DNA of 64,000 nucleotides from a virus (Duplodnaviria; Caudoviricetes): IMG/VR virus record IMGVR_UViG_3300020577_007013; one strand, 5' to 3'. Shown piece by piece: positions 36,601 to 46,212 of this stretch (position 1 is its first letter; each line of letters starts with the position of its first letter). The notes under the pieces were generated by a model. It saw only the letters and a program-made list of their open reading frames with translations, ran no database searches and was not told where the DNA came from. The position numbers and the translations under genes were made by a program.

Positions 36601-36972
36601 TCAAGGGGCTTCACCGAAGATTGATCTTAGAGCTCCGTTGAATTCTAGACGGTCGAATTTATAGAGTAGAACTGAGACTGAAATTCCACCTCTGAATCTC
36701 CTCACTCTATCGTATTCTTCAGGATCGTGTCTAAGATGAAAAATCTTCAAATCTTTAAGTGGAATTTCTCTTCCAAATAATCTGATTGATTCCAATCTCT
36801 CATTTGGTTTGACTTTAGAAAGTTCTGCTTTTGAAAGCTCTATAGCTTCATCAAGATAACTTACCTCTTTAGGTGGCTCTAAAGGATTTAGCTTTCTTTC
36901 TAGAATCTCATTGGCGACAAGTTTAAGTTTCTCTTCATAAGTTTGTGGTTGCATGAAGTAGGTATAATACAA
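36601..36972 (-). CDS. Hypothetical protein
   Basis: 123 aa; true start probably at MQPQ. Confidence 0.6.
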   Translation of the reverse strand: MYYTYFMQPQTYEEKLKLVANEILERKLNPLEPPKEVSYLDEAIELSKAELSKVKPNERLESIRLFGREIPLKDLKIFHLRHDPEEYDRVRRFRGGISVSVLLYKFDRLEFNGALRSIFGEAP

Positions 36973-36973
36973 A

Positions 36974-37200
36974 ACTGAGAAAGGGAATAAAACAATGGAT
37001 AATCACCAAAGTTCAAATTATAAAGAGAAGCTATATGAACAAGGTACAAAGTTAACACTATGTTAAGCTCCTCTTATGTTGTTGTATGACAGGATTTTGT
37101 GAGCCCATCACGCAGATTAGTATTTTCCCTTTCTCAGTCCCTTTGAAGGAAGCAAGCTTCCAACTTTGATCTCACTAAGAGATCTAGCTCAAGGTTAGGA
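36974..37200 (-). ncRNA. Putative structured ncRNA downstream of a coiled-coil gene
   Basis: Perfect 14-bp closing stem 36974-36987/37125-37138; small hairpins at 37140-37200; 7-nt periodic tract. Confidence 0.65.
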
Positions 37201-37201
37201 G

Positions 37202-37834
37202 CTAAAGTCCCAGATAGTCTAGTACTCCGTCTTCCATCTCGACTTCGATTTCAGTCACATTGTTAAGTCGAGTTTTCTCATCGATCAGTTTGTCTTTCTC
37301 TCTCTTAAAGTCTTTGAGAATTTGTTCGATATCCTTCTTACTTAAAGGCTGAACATCTCCTTTAGTGTAATGATGTCCTGAATTCTCAGGACTGAATGAA
37401 GAGACTGTGCTGACAATTTGCTTTGTGTAAGACTCAAAATTGTCAGGACTAATGATAGTCGAATATGATGAGCTCATTACTGATTGGTATTCATTGATTG
37501 CTTTCATTAATAGTTCAACCTCTGAAATTTTGATCATAATGTCGCTTAGACCACAAGTCTGATTTGCTGAGAATATAGAGCTCTTAATTGAAAAGAATGC
37601 TCTATGAAAGTCTCTGATCTCTTTCATCTGAAAATCGAATTGAGCTTTTGTCGATTGAATGAGTTTATCAAGCTCATCTTTGATCTCTTCTCTCGGTCTC
37701 ATGCTATCGTCTTTACCGAAAAAGAATTCATGCTTGACTTCCTGAAGCTTTCTGCTAGCTTCTTGAGTGATGAATTTAGAAAGTTCAACTTTGATTTTGT
37801 TTGCTTTGCTGAGAGTCAGCTTAATTTTTCTCAT
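37202..37834 (-). CDS. Coiled-coil protein (DIP1984-like architecture), putative ncRNA partner
   Basis: KLTLSKANKIK...IFSAN...LNNVTEIEV pattern. Confidence 0.65.
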   Translation of the reverse strand: MRKIKLTLSKANKIKVELSKFITQEASRKLQEVKHEFFFGKDDSMRPREEIKDELDKLIQSTKAQFDFQMKEIRDFHRAFFSIKSSIFSANQTCGLSDIMIKISEVELLMKAINEYQSVMSSSYSTIISPDNFESYTKQIVSTVSSFSPENSGHHYTKGDVQPLSKKDIEQILKDFKREKDKLIDEKTRLNNVTEIEVEMEDGVLDYLGL

Positions 37835-38103
37835 GAATAATTATATTACCTCTTTCGAAGTAGGAGAAAAATCTTAGTGAATTGAGACAATACAAGGAAA
37901 AGCTCTTATATCAAGATTCTTCCACGAATTGAATTGATCTTTCGTAACTGCTATCAAAACTTCAGAATTTCTTGTAGTTATGGGATCGAATTTTCCATCT
38001 CTGAAAGAATAAAAAGAAAAAGCTGGACCGTCCGTCAACTGACTTTGTCAGTAGAGTGACTCATCAAGAATGACTTTTACTTTAGGCCTTTTGACAAAGA
38101 ACA

Positions 38104-38445
38104 TTAACGAAATCCAGCTTCTTCCCATCTGTTTTTGACTTGTTCTTCAGTCACATTTTTACAATAATTGCTGTATCCTGCAAATGATGATGTCATTGTT
38201 ATAAGATGACCGTTTCCTCGGTCATACTCTTTAGTTATGAGAACTTCATTTCCAGATTCCCTATCACAGAGTTTGACAAATGTCTCATGACCTGCAGGAA
38301 TTCTGATTTCGTATCTATAGTACTGTTTTCTAGGATCAACTTTTCTAGTCTCTTGCTTATTTAGAATTGAATGAAATAGAAGGGCTCCGATAGTGCAGAC
38401 TATAACTAGAGTAATCTTTCCTGAAATTGATAGTAAGTTTCTCAT
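38104..38445 (-). CDS. Membrane-anchored hypothetical protein
   Basis: N-terminal transmembrane helix. Confidence 0.6.
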   Translation of the reverse strand: MRNLLSISGKITLVIVCTIGALLFHSILNKQETRKVDPRKQYYRYEIRIPAGHETFVKLCDRESGNEVLITKEYDRGNGHLITMTSSFAGYSNYCKNVTEEQVKNRWEEAGFR

Positions 38446-40388
38446 AAAATCTCCTTATACGTCATGATTTTGATTCCAAGTTTCTTGGCCTTTTTCATCT
38501 TAGAGCTGTCTGAACTCAAGTCGTCAGTGACTAGGATATCTGTTTCTTTCCCAACTGAATCGATCCATTCATATCCTTTTTTCTCGAGAAGTTCGATAAG
38601 CTCTTTTCTGGAAGCTGGTCCTTTTCCAGTACAGCAGACTGACTTTCCTTTGGACTTTTTCTCTTTTTCTTTCTCGATATTCAGGACTCCTGCCAATTCA
38701 GTCAGAAGAGAAAGATTCTCATTATTGGAAGTCCATTCAAGTATATTCTGTCCTATGACGTACTGTGTGTCATCGAAAGCCAGAAAGTCTTCGAGACTTT
38801 TAATCTCTAACTTCTTGACTGCTTTCTCTCCCACTAAATGAATTCCTAATCTTGAGATGAATTGGGGAACTGTCATTGTCTTCGTCTTCTCAATTTGTTC
38901 AAGAAGATTTGAGACTTTCGATTCTCCGAATCCGTCTATGGACAGAATTTTCTTCTCAGAAAGATGAAGCCTATAGAGATCGGAAAGTTCTTTTACAAGA
39001 TCATTTTCCCAAAGTTTTCTTAAGGTCTTCTCACTTACATCATCCATCTCGCAACATTTGACCCAATAGAAAATCTTTTGGAACATTCGTTCGGGACATT
39101 TTTCATTAGGACATTTAAGATGGACTTCTTCCTCTACAAGTATGCTCTTACAATGAGGGCATTTTGTTGGATACTCTGCTGTGGATTTTTTCTTCTTCAC
39201 CACTTTCAGTATTCGAGGTATAATATCATTGGCGATCTCGATAGTGACCGTATCTCCAGCTTCAGGATTCAGAGCTTTGAAATTTCTGAGATTGTCTAAA
39301 GAAGCTCTTTTAATGAGTCTTCCTTGAACTAAAATCGGCACCATATTTGCAGTAGGAACGAGATTTCCAAATCTTGACATTTCCCAATCAGTGGTCTCAT
39401 AAGGGGTATTTGCTTCGACATTGTCAAATTTCCAAGCTATGTTGTAATCCCAATGATGGTCATTATCATTTTTGAATGTCTTCTGAAATGGAATTGAATC
39501 GAAGCAAAGTACAAGTCCATCGAGATCCAAATCATAATTGTCTCTCTCTCCACTATTGTGACTACTGAACCAGTCTTCAGCTTCTTTAAGAGTCTTAATG
39601 ACTTTGAATGGGGTCACATTAGGAATATAACCTTTTATGAAGTGGAATTTTTCAGTCATGGACGTAAGACTATCTTCACCTAAGACCTCATACGCAACGA
39701 ACTTGATCTCTTTCATCTCTTCAGTGATTTCTTTTCGATGAATAAGTCCAGAAACCACGTTGCGTAGATTCGACTCAGACTTATAAGTCTTAGGAAGGTA
39801 GAGCTCTCCTCTTATTTCCAGTTTTCCAATGTAAGAGATTTTCTTGGGAATATCTTTTGAAAGTGACATCGTCTCAGTAATGTCTTGTCCCTCAGTCCCA
39901 TCTCCTCTTGTTGAGATGACTTGAAGTTTTCCTTTATCATATTGAATAGAGCAAGAATTGCCGTCGAATTTAGGCATTCCGACAAGATTAAGCTTGTTGG
40001 AACTTTCTGAAAGTCCACATCGTCTGAGCCATTTGATAATATCTTCAGTTGAGTTGGCCTTTTGGAGAGACTTCATGGGAATGTCATGAGCTACTTTCTT
40101 TCCGTAATTAAGAACAGGAGCTCCGACAATCTTAAAGTAATCATTATCAGGATCTTGAATACGAAGTAGATCTTCATGAGAATCGAAATCGGCATCACTC
40201 ATTATTGGCTCACCTTTATAGTAAGCCTCTTTCGCTTTAAGTAATTTCTTTTTGAGTTTTACAATTTCTCCTGAAGTCATTTTATTTCTCCTTGAGTTTC
40301 TCTTCGATTTCTTTTTCAGTAGGTTGATGTTGTGGAAATCTATGACAGTGGTCACAAATTCCAAGAGAGTTTTTCTTGGTCTTTCCAC
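38442..40388 (-). CDS. ligA: NAD-dependent DNA ligase (true start likely MTSGE, ~40280)
   Basis: AYYKGEPIMSDADFD, PKFDG, TRGDG, EIRGE, DGLV, Cys4 zinc finger, HhH, BRCT. Confidence 0.95.
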   Translation of the reverse strand: MERPRKTLLEFVTTVIDFHNINLLKKKSKRNSRRNKMTSGEIVKLKKKLLKAKEAYYKGEPIMSDADFDSHEDLLRIQDPDNDYFKIVGAPVLNYGKKVAHDIPMKSLQKANSTEDIIKWLRRCGLSESSNKLNLVGMPKFDGNSCSIQYDKGKLQVISTRGDGTEGQDITETMSLSKDIPKKISYIGKLEIRGELYLPKTYKSESNLRNVVSGLIHRKEITEEMKEIKFVAYEVLGEDSLTSMTEKFHFIKGYIPNVTPFKVIKTLKEAEDWFSSHNSGERDNYDLDLDGLVLCFDSIPFQKTFKNDNDHHWDYNIAWKFDNVEANTPYETTDWEMSRFGNLVPTANMVPILVQGRLIKRASLDNLRNFKALNPEAGDTVTIEIANDIIPRILKVVKKKKSTAEYPTKCPHCKSILVEEEVHLKCPNEKCPERMFQKIFYWVKCCEMDDVSEKTLRKLWENDLVKELSDLYRLHLSEKKILSIDGFGESKVSNLLEQIEKTKTMTVPQFISRLGIHLVGEKAVKKLEIKSLEDFLAFDDTQYVIGQNILEWTSNNENLSLLTELAGVLNIEKEKEKKSKGKSVCCTGKGPASRKELIELLEKKGYEWIDSVGKETDILVTDDLSSDSSKMKKAKKLGIKIMTYKEIL

Positions 40389-40959
40389 ACCATTGACATT
40401 TTTCTTTCATAATTTACCTAGACATTGTGTGATGTACTGCTACTTCTATATCAGAGCCTTCTGAATGGAAATCGCAAGAATCTGTCTCTGCGACTTGTGC
40501 ATATTCGAATCCGGTTTCTTCATCTCCTGAAGCATTTCTGACATCTTCGCAGAATCCACCTTCTGACTCTACCCCTTCATCAGACCAACATTTGAATTTG
40601 TTGCAATTTCCGCAGCAGTTCATACTTCCTCCAAGACTTTGTATTGGGTTTTGTCGAGCTCTATTACGATAGGCTTTTTGCTGAATTCAAATTTTTCCTC
40701 TTCATTGAGCCCATGAAGTACCCTATCTTCTATGTTATTGAAGAAGTATTCTCTCTCTTCGTTTGTCATTCGTCTTTCGCCTTCAGGTCAAAGCGTTTGA
40801 TTTTGTCGCTGAATAATGAACGGATGACATCTTCGTAGGTGCAACCGGCTTTTCTCTGAGTCTCACGCATCAGCCATTCGTTGGTTCTTGTAAATCTACT
40901 GTCTGCTTTGACCTGTTTGTAGATTCCTCGAATCCTTTCTTTTTCTTTCTCAGTGATTT

Positions 40960-41403
40960 TCATTTAATGATCTCCTCCATGAATTTTTTGAGCTTCCTTC
41001 CAGTCTCACCATTTCGAACTGTTCCTGTAATGACGTTTTCTGCAACTTCAGAGAATCCCATGACGAGTGCTTTTTTCAGATCTTCTTCTGAAGTCTCTTC
41101 CTGCAGACAGACCGAGATTGAGTATTTTTTCTGAACTGTGCAAAGATCTCCATTCTCATTTCGAATAGGATCGAAGGAGAATTTCATAAGACCATTATTC
41201 AGAGAACTCGGAGTAAATCGAAGAGATGTGGAATCCAGACTCTCAATGATATCTGTCACTAGCCGTTCTTCATTGAGTGTAGCAATCTCTCCTCTGAACC
41301 GTCTCAGAGCTACGATAATATCTGGGTCAAGAAGCGATTCTTTGACTTTTGAAAATTTTTGTTTTACGAGTTTCTTTGAAAGTGTGGGTGTCTCGATTTC
41401 CAT
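40960..41403 (-). CDS. Hypothetical protein, first gene after an early-type promoter
   Basis: 147 aa; AAGGAG SD. Confidence 0.7.
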   Translation of the reverse strand: MEIETPTLSKKLVKQKFSKVKESLLDPDIIVALRRFRGEIATLNEERLVTDIIESLDSTSLRFTPSSLNNGLMKFSFDPIRNENGDLCTVQKKYSISVCLQEETSEEDLKKALVMGFSEVAENVITGTVRNGETGRKLKKFMEEIIK

Positions 41404-41470
41404 GAGAAGCTCCTTTTTTAATTATTCTCGATTCGAGTTATTTAACCGAATCATGTAGTGTAACAAGCTA

Positions 41471-41500
41471 AATATAATCAATTGGGAGAGCTTCTGACAA
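41471..41500 (-). promoter_or_regulatory. Promoter TTGTCA-N18-TATATT
   Basis: Same spacing as the other three; shares AATTGATTATATT with 54248. Confidence 0.65.
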
Positions 41501-41537
41501 AAATAGTGGGTCTCGAAATACACCGAAAAGAGAGCAT

Positions 41538-41569
41538 AAAAAAACCGGAGAATTAGATTCTCCGGTTTT
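41538..41569 (-). terminator. MCP terminator
   Basis: ACCGGAGAAT/ATTCTCCGGT stem plus T-run. Confidence 0.85.
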
Positions 41570-41576
41570 CAATGGC

Positions 41577-43067
41577 TTACGGCAGGTTTTGGATCTGCAG
41601 CATGCGGATGAACTTGCTATTGATAGTAAGTGCATCTTCCACTGTTGCGATGTTACCAACGCGTGTGAATTCAGGATAATCCAAAGCTGCTACCAGCTCA
41701 GTCATTACACCGAATGCGATTGATACGTCACCTTCTTCATCTGGGTTTTTGTAGACCATCAGAGCTTCGTTTTGTGCGAGCAAACCGTTAGCTGTATCTG
41801 AAGGAACTGCATATACCTGGATGTCGTCGAGAGTACCAGCGTAGTAAGTACCACCAACACGTGCTTGTGAACTATCTGTTTTCCACAGGTCATGTTTCTT
41901 GAAATAAGTGAGGGCTTTCGTACCAGCAACGATGCGGTTGATCGATCCTCTCTTAATGTCATTGTACAGATCGCCTGAGATATCAGAGATAGTAGACAGA
42001 ATCCGTTGTGCGTTTGACTTATCAGAAACCTCACCAACACCAGCAAAGTCTGCATTGAATGTTGAGATAGGGTTCTTAATTGCTTCACGACGAGCGAATT
42101 GAACTGCCTTATAGTCACGTCTGAGTGCGTGTTCGTCACCGACAGCTCTTACGAGCATGTCTTCAACGTTACCGAGGCCGGTAGTACCGAGCATCATCTC
42201 TGCCATACGTGTGTATGAGTAGCCGAGGATGTTTGGACGTGCGTTAAACCGTTTCTTAGAAACTGCCAAGTCTACGCGAGCGTACTCGTCATAGTTTGAA
42301 GAAATTTCTGAGTTCCAGTTGTATTCGATAAAGAAGTTAGACGGAACGTTACCACCAGAGAAGTTAACAGTTACAGAACCTGAGGTATAGTTAACTGTTG
42401 AAGTAGTAGTATTGACTGTTACACCACCTTGATTATAGGCAGAGTTGAACAATCCAGCACCGTTATCACTACCAACAAGTGCACCACCGATGATCAGTTT
42501 TACTGAAAATGGAACAACTGGGTTGGGAGAGAGTGTGAAAGTGTAAGACGCAGAACCTGAAATTTGCGTAGCAGAAACGTGAGATTCTGTTGCAAAGTTA
42601 GGAGCGATTGTCTCATACAGTCTTGTACCTGGAACACCACCACGAAGTGCACCAAATGCTTGAGATGAAGCTGTTGCTTCAGGAGCTGCATAGGTACGAT
42701 CTACAAAGTAGATTGCATCGTCTGGAGTAACAAGTGGCCATTCTGTAAAGATTTCACCACGATTACTGTTTGCTGTACCGATTCTGATAATTCTCAAAAC
42801 GTTTTCCGGTACAGTTTGGAATTGAGTTTTGATTGTCGCTTCTGCCATATTCTTCAGATAGCGCTCTTGGTTTTCAAGTGCGAGTGCAGTATTACGTGCT
42901 CTTGACTTGCTTTTTGCGTAGGTGTTTTCCAGCTTAATGCCAACAGGATTACGTGACCATTTTTCGACTAATCGATCTGCGAGAGAGTTTCTGGCTTGAG
43001 CCATCTCTGCAGCGTCACGAACTTGTGTGGGTTCGGCTGAGCTTCTACCATGCTTGTTTTTTAACAT
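41577..43067 (-). CDS. Major capsid protein (T4 gp23-like)
   Basis: ALENQ N-terminal motif; highly biased codon usage; follows protease/scaffold; strong SD and terminator. Confidence 0.88.
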   Translation of the reverse strand: MLKNKHGRSSAEPTQVRDAAEMAQARNSLADRLVEKWSRNPVGIKLENTYAKSKSRARNTALALENQERYLKNMAEATIKTQFQTVPENVLRIIRIGTANSNRGEIFTEWPLVTPDDAIYFVDRTYAAPEATASSQAFGALRGGVPGTRLYETIAPNFATESHVSATQISGSASYTFTLSPNPVVPFSVKLIIGGALVGSDNGAGLFNSAYNQGGVTVNTTTSTVNYTSGSVTVNFSGGNVPSNFFIEYNWNSEISSNYDEYARVDLAVSKKRFNARPNILGYSYTRMAEMMLGTTGLGNVEDMLVRAVGDEHALRRDYKAVQFARREAIKNPISTFNADFAGVGEVSDKSNAQRILSTISDISGDLYNDIKRGSINRIVAGTKALTYFKKHDLWKTDSSQARVGGTYYAGTLDDIQVYAVPSDTANGLLAQNEALMVYKNPDEEGDVSIAFGVMTELVAALDYPEFTRVGNIATVEDALTINSKFIRMLQIQNLP

Positions 43068-43203
43068 AGTTTATTCTCCAATTTAGATTTTTTGAAATTT
43101 GCCGATATTCTTCATTCGGACCTTATTCGAAATAACGGTTTTAATTCCTGATGTAATTGTAGTTTTCACTTATACGTAATTAGTGCGTTTTAGGCCCACT
43201 CTT

Positions 43204-43824
43204 TCAGGTGGACTCGTTTTTTAGTTTGTCTCTGAAGTCTTCATAAATTTCTGTTTGACTTTCTGTTATGAAATCCCAAACAATTTTACGAAGAAGCTCT
43301 TTTGCAGATTCATCATTTTCTACATTTCCATTTTCATGAAATTCGAAGTAGTCTATAGTATTTTCGAGATACTCCGTGAATTGGTTTTTGAAATATTCTT
43401 CTGACATTCCTGAAGATTTGTTTTCCTTTAGTTTTCGTTTAACTACAATTTTACCTTCAGCAATAACGCTTTGATAAGGGACGAGCTTTCCTGTCTCGTA
43501 GTTATTTCGTAAGTCTTCACCTACGTTCGTTTCCTTGACTCCTTTTTTGTTTTCGAAGCCGTCGGTCTCCACCAGTCTTTGTCTTTTTAAAATTTGATAT
43601 AGTCTGTCTATTGTCTTCGAGGAAGCTTTCTGGATTTGATCTACAAGTTCGTCATAGACTTTATCCAAATCAGCTGTCTCATTATCAATGTCACCGTAAT
43701 TGCCTAAATCCCCTAAAATATAATGAGCTATTTCAAGTAGTCCATCATCGTCAGTTTTCTTGATCAATTTCAGGATTAACTGAGTCTTCTCAGAAGTATC
43801 CATTTCTTTAAGTTGTGTTTTCAT
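43204..43824 (-). CDS. Probable internal head protein (start MKTQLKE)
   Basis: Lies in the head module; LKE/VKE/IAE potential prohead-protease sites. Confidence 0.55.
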   Translation of the reverse strand: MKTQLKEMDTSEKTQLILKLIKKTDDDGLLEIAHYILGDLGNYGDIDNETADLDKVYDELVDQIQKASSKTIDRLYQILKRQRLVETDGFENKKGVKETNVGEDLRNNYETGKLVPYQSVIAEGKIVVKRKLKENKSSGMSEEYFKNQFTEYLENTIDYFEFHENGNVENDESAKELLRKIVWDFITESQTEIYEDFRDKLKNEST

Positions 43825-43825
43825 A

Positions 43826-44137
43826 TTATTTTTTCTTGTAGAGAATAAGAGCTCTCGAGCCTTGCTGATCATCGTCCATTAGAACTTTCCAACCTTGTTT
43901 TTTCAGTTCCTTGATTTTAGCGTCTGATCTTTCTGATTGTTTCTCAGTTTCAGTGTTATGAACTGGGAATTTCCAATTGTACTGTTTAGAAGAATGCATT
44001 TTGAAGAATTTGCTTCTTTCTTGATCACTTAAATCTTCGAAAATAGTCCCTTTCTCGTCTTCCAACTTATCTAGGTACTCATCCTCATCAAGCCCAGTAT
44101 CGACCTTTGCTTCAAAAAGTTTTTTGTATGGTGTCAT
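43826..44137 (-). CDS. Probable internal head protein
   Basis: MTPYKKLFE N-terminal motif. Confidence 0.55.
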   Translation of the reverse strand: MTPYKKLFEAKVDTGLDEDEYLDKLEDEKGTIFEDLSDQERSKFFKMHSSKQYNWKFPVHNTETEKQSERSDAKIKELKKQGWKVLMDDDQQGSRALILYKKK

Positions 44138-44190
44138 ATTTTTAAAAGAGAGAATGAGGTGCTCGATTTCTCAAGCACCCTTTCTGTCTT

Positions 44191-46212
44191 TTAGTAATCT
44201 GAGCTTCTTAACCAGTCAGTGTGACTAGAAGTGAAACTTGTTTTTTCGGTAAGACGTACAGGAGAATCAGAAGTTGATTTACCTTTGATCTTATCTACTT
44301 TACGAACAGCTTCGACAAGAGATTTAGAGGAGAGAATTTCTTCTTCAAAATCTTCAAGTGCAGGAACTTTCTTAGCTTCTTCCAAGTAGAACTTTGTGAT
44401 TTCATTCTTGTAAAAGTTAGAAGTTGATTCCTTCATCTTTTGTTTTTTCTCATCTTCGTCTTTCTTAGCTTTCTTCTTACGTTTTTCCATCATGGTTTCT
44501 TCGAGTTCTTCGTCCTCTTCACCATGCTTGTGACCATGTTCCATGTCTGAGTTCAAACCGTCCATGTCATTTTCGAATTCGTCGTGATTTTCTACAAATC
44601 CGGTTTTACCGATGATTTTTTTCATCTCAGGATTTTCCATATCACCTAATTCGCTTTTTTCATTTTCGTCAGTTGAACGAGCTACGGAAGTTGCTTCTTT
44701 AGGAGAATAGCTGTAAGTCAGATATTCGCTTTCTTTAGCACTTTCGTCAAACTTGGTAAGTTTCTCAACGAGGAATTGAATGTCTTCCTGCATTTTTGAA
44801 CGATCAGCAACGAGAAGAGAGATGTCTTTCTGCATAAGTTCACGTTCTTTGAGGAACTGCTTAATGTCAGCGAGCATATTTTTACGATCTTCTACGAGTT
44901 GATCGATATCTTTTTGCATGTTTGTCTTGTCTTCTGTGAATTGCTTAATGTCTGCTTCCATCAATTTACGGTCTTCCATAAATTGGTTGATGTCAGATTC
45001 CATAAGTTTACGATCTTTCAGGAATTGATTCAGGTCAGATTCCATCAGTTTTACGTTTTCAGTAAGAACTTTGAATTTACCTTGACCTTCTTTTGTGAAT
45101 GAACCGTATTTTTCAAGATCTGCTTCCATCAACTTTCTATCTGAGATAAATTGGTTGATGTCTTTCAGCATGACTTCACGATCTTCTACAAGTTCTGTAT
45201 TGGTCTCAACCAGTGACTTGTGTTTTTCTTGAAGTTTCTTGAACGATTCGATCAGCAAATTGTGTTTTTTGCTAAGATCAGCAAAAGTAATTTCTTTCTC
45301 TTGAAGAGTCTTCTCTGAAAGTTTTACTTGTTCTTCGAGTTTTGCAGTAAGATCAGACAGTTCTGATTCTACTTTTTCTCTGATTTCTTTTTTCTCAAGA
45401 CCGATTGTATTGAGCAGGTCTTGAAGGATGCCCTGTGCTTCTACTAAATTTGTTTTGGATTTAGCAAGACGAATCATTTGCTTTGTGTGGCTTTCCACAA
45501 AAGCATCATTAACTCGTGCTTGTTTCTCCAGTAATTCTTGTGACATTTCCATGTCCTCCTTTTTATTTTCTTCGACTTTCTGCTTAACGGAGTTATCTTC
45601 GGTAGAAGCACTCGATTCAGCTATTAAATTAGTATTGCTCTTTTCGGTTGACTCTCTGACGTCTTCCATTTCGGAAGGTCCTTGTGAAAGATTTTCGAAT
45701 GATGCGAAAACACTCTGTGAAGGGTCTATTACCCAATCTCCTAGACGTACAAGTTCGTATGAGTCAGTTACTACTGTTTGACCATCAGTTCCGAGTTCTC
45801 CGTATCCTACGGAAGAAAGACCGCATTTACCACCAGCTCTAAGTATGTTGTAGAAAAGTTTACCATATTCATGACCACCTTCTACAAGCCAAAGATCTCC
45901 ATAAACGAATTCACCGTCAATTTGGACATTTTTCCAAATTCCAATGATGCTTGTTACAGAACCGTCATCATCAGGATGATCAGCTAAACAGTATGTTCCT
46001 TCAGCTACCCTATCCTTAATGATCTTCATCCAAAGTTCTCTAGGATATCTACGTTGATTTTTGTTCAGAGTAAATCTAGAGACTGGAACTTTACGAATAA
46101 TGGCATAACATGAAAATTCTCTGGAAGCTTCTTTGATAAGAGTCTTCTCTTTTAGATCTTCTACTTGAGAAGCTAAAAGAAAGTTTTCTCTGAATTTTAC
46201 TTTAGTTGACAT
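44191..46212 (-). CDS. Prohead protease fused to coiled-coil scaffold
   Basis: NKNQRRYP, LADHP, GLSSVGYG, DWVIDPS (gp21-like); long coiled-coil C-terminus. Confidence 0.9.
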   Translation of the reverse strand: MSTKVKFRENFLLASQVEDLKEKTLIKEASREFSCYAIIRKVPVSRFTLNKNQRRYPRELWMKIIKDRVAEGTYCLADHPDDDGSVTSIIGIWKNVQIDGEFVYGDLWLVEGGHEYGKLFYNILRAGGKCGLSSVGYGELGTDGQTVVTDSYELVRLGDWVIDPSQSVFASFENLSQGPSEMEDVRESTEKSNTNLIAESSASTEDNSVKQKVEENKKEDMEMSQELLEKQARVNDAFVESHTKQMIRLAKSKTNLVEAQGILQDLLNTIGLEKKEIREKVESELSDLTAKLEEQVKLSEKTLQEKEITFADLSKKHNLLIESFKKLQEKHKSLVETNTELVEDREVMLKDINQFISDRKLMEADLEKYGSFTKEGQGKFKVLTENVKLMESDLNQFLKDRKLMESDINQFMEDRKLMEADIKQFTEDKTNMQKDIDQLVEDRKNMLADIKQFLKERELMQKDISLLVADRSKMQEDIQFLVEKLTKFDESAKESEYLTYSYSPKEATSVARSTDENEKSELGDMENPEMKKIIGKTGFVENHDEFENDMDGLNSDMEHGHKHGEEDEELEETMMEKRKKKAKKDEDEKKQKMKESTSNFYKNEITKFYLEEAKKVPALEDFEEEILSSKSLVEAVRKVDKIKGKSTSDSPVRLTEKTSFTSSHTDWLRSSDY
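44770..45190 (-). repeat. 14-aa (42-nt) tandem repeats in the scaffold
   Basis: About nine DRKLMExDIxQFxx-type units. Confidence 0.8.

Noticed and set aside
44770-45190. CRISPR-like array
   Set aside because: These are degenerate in-frame 42-nt coding repeats without unique spacers.
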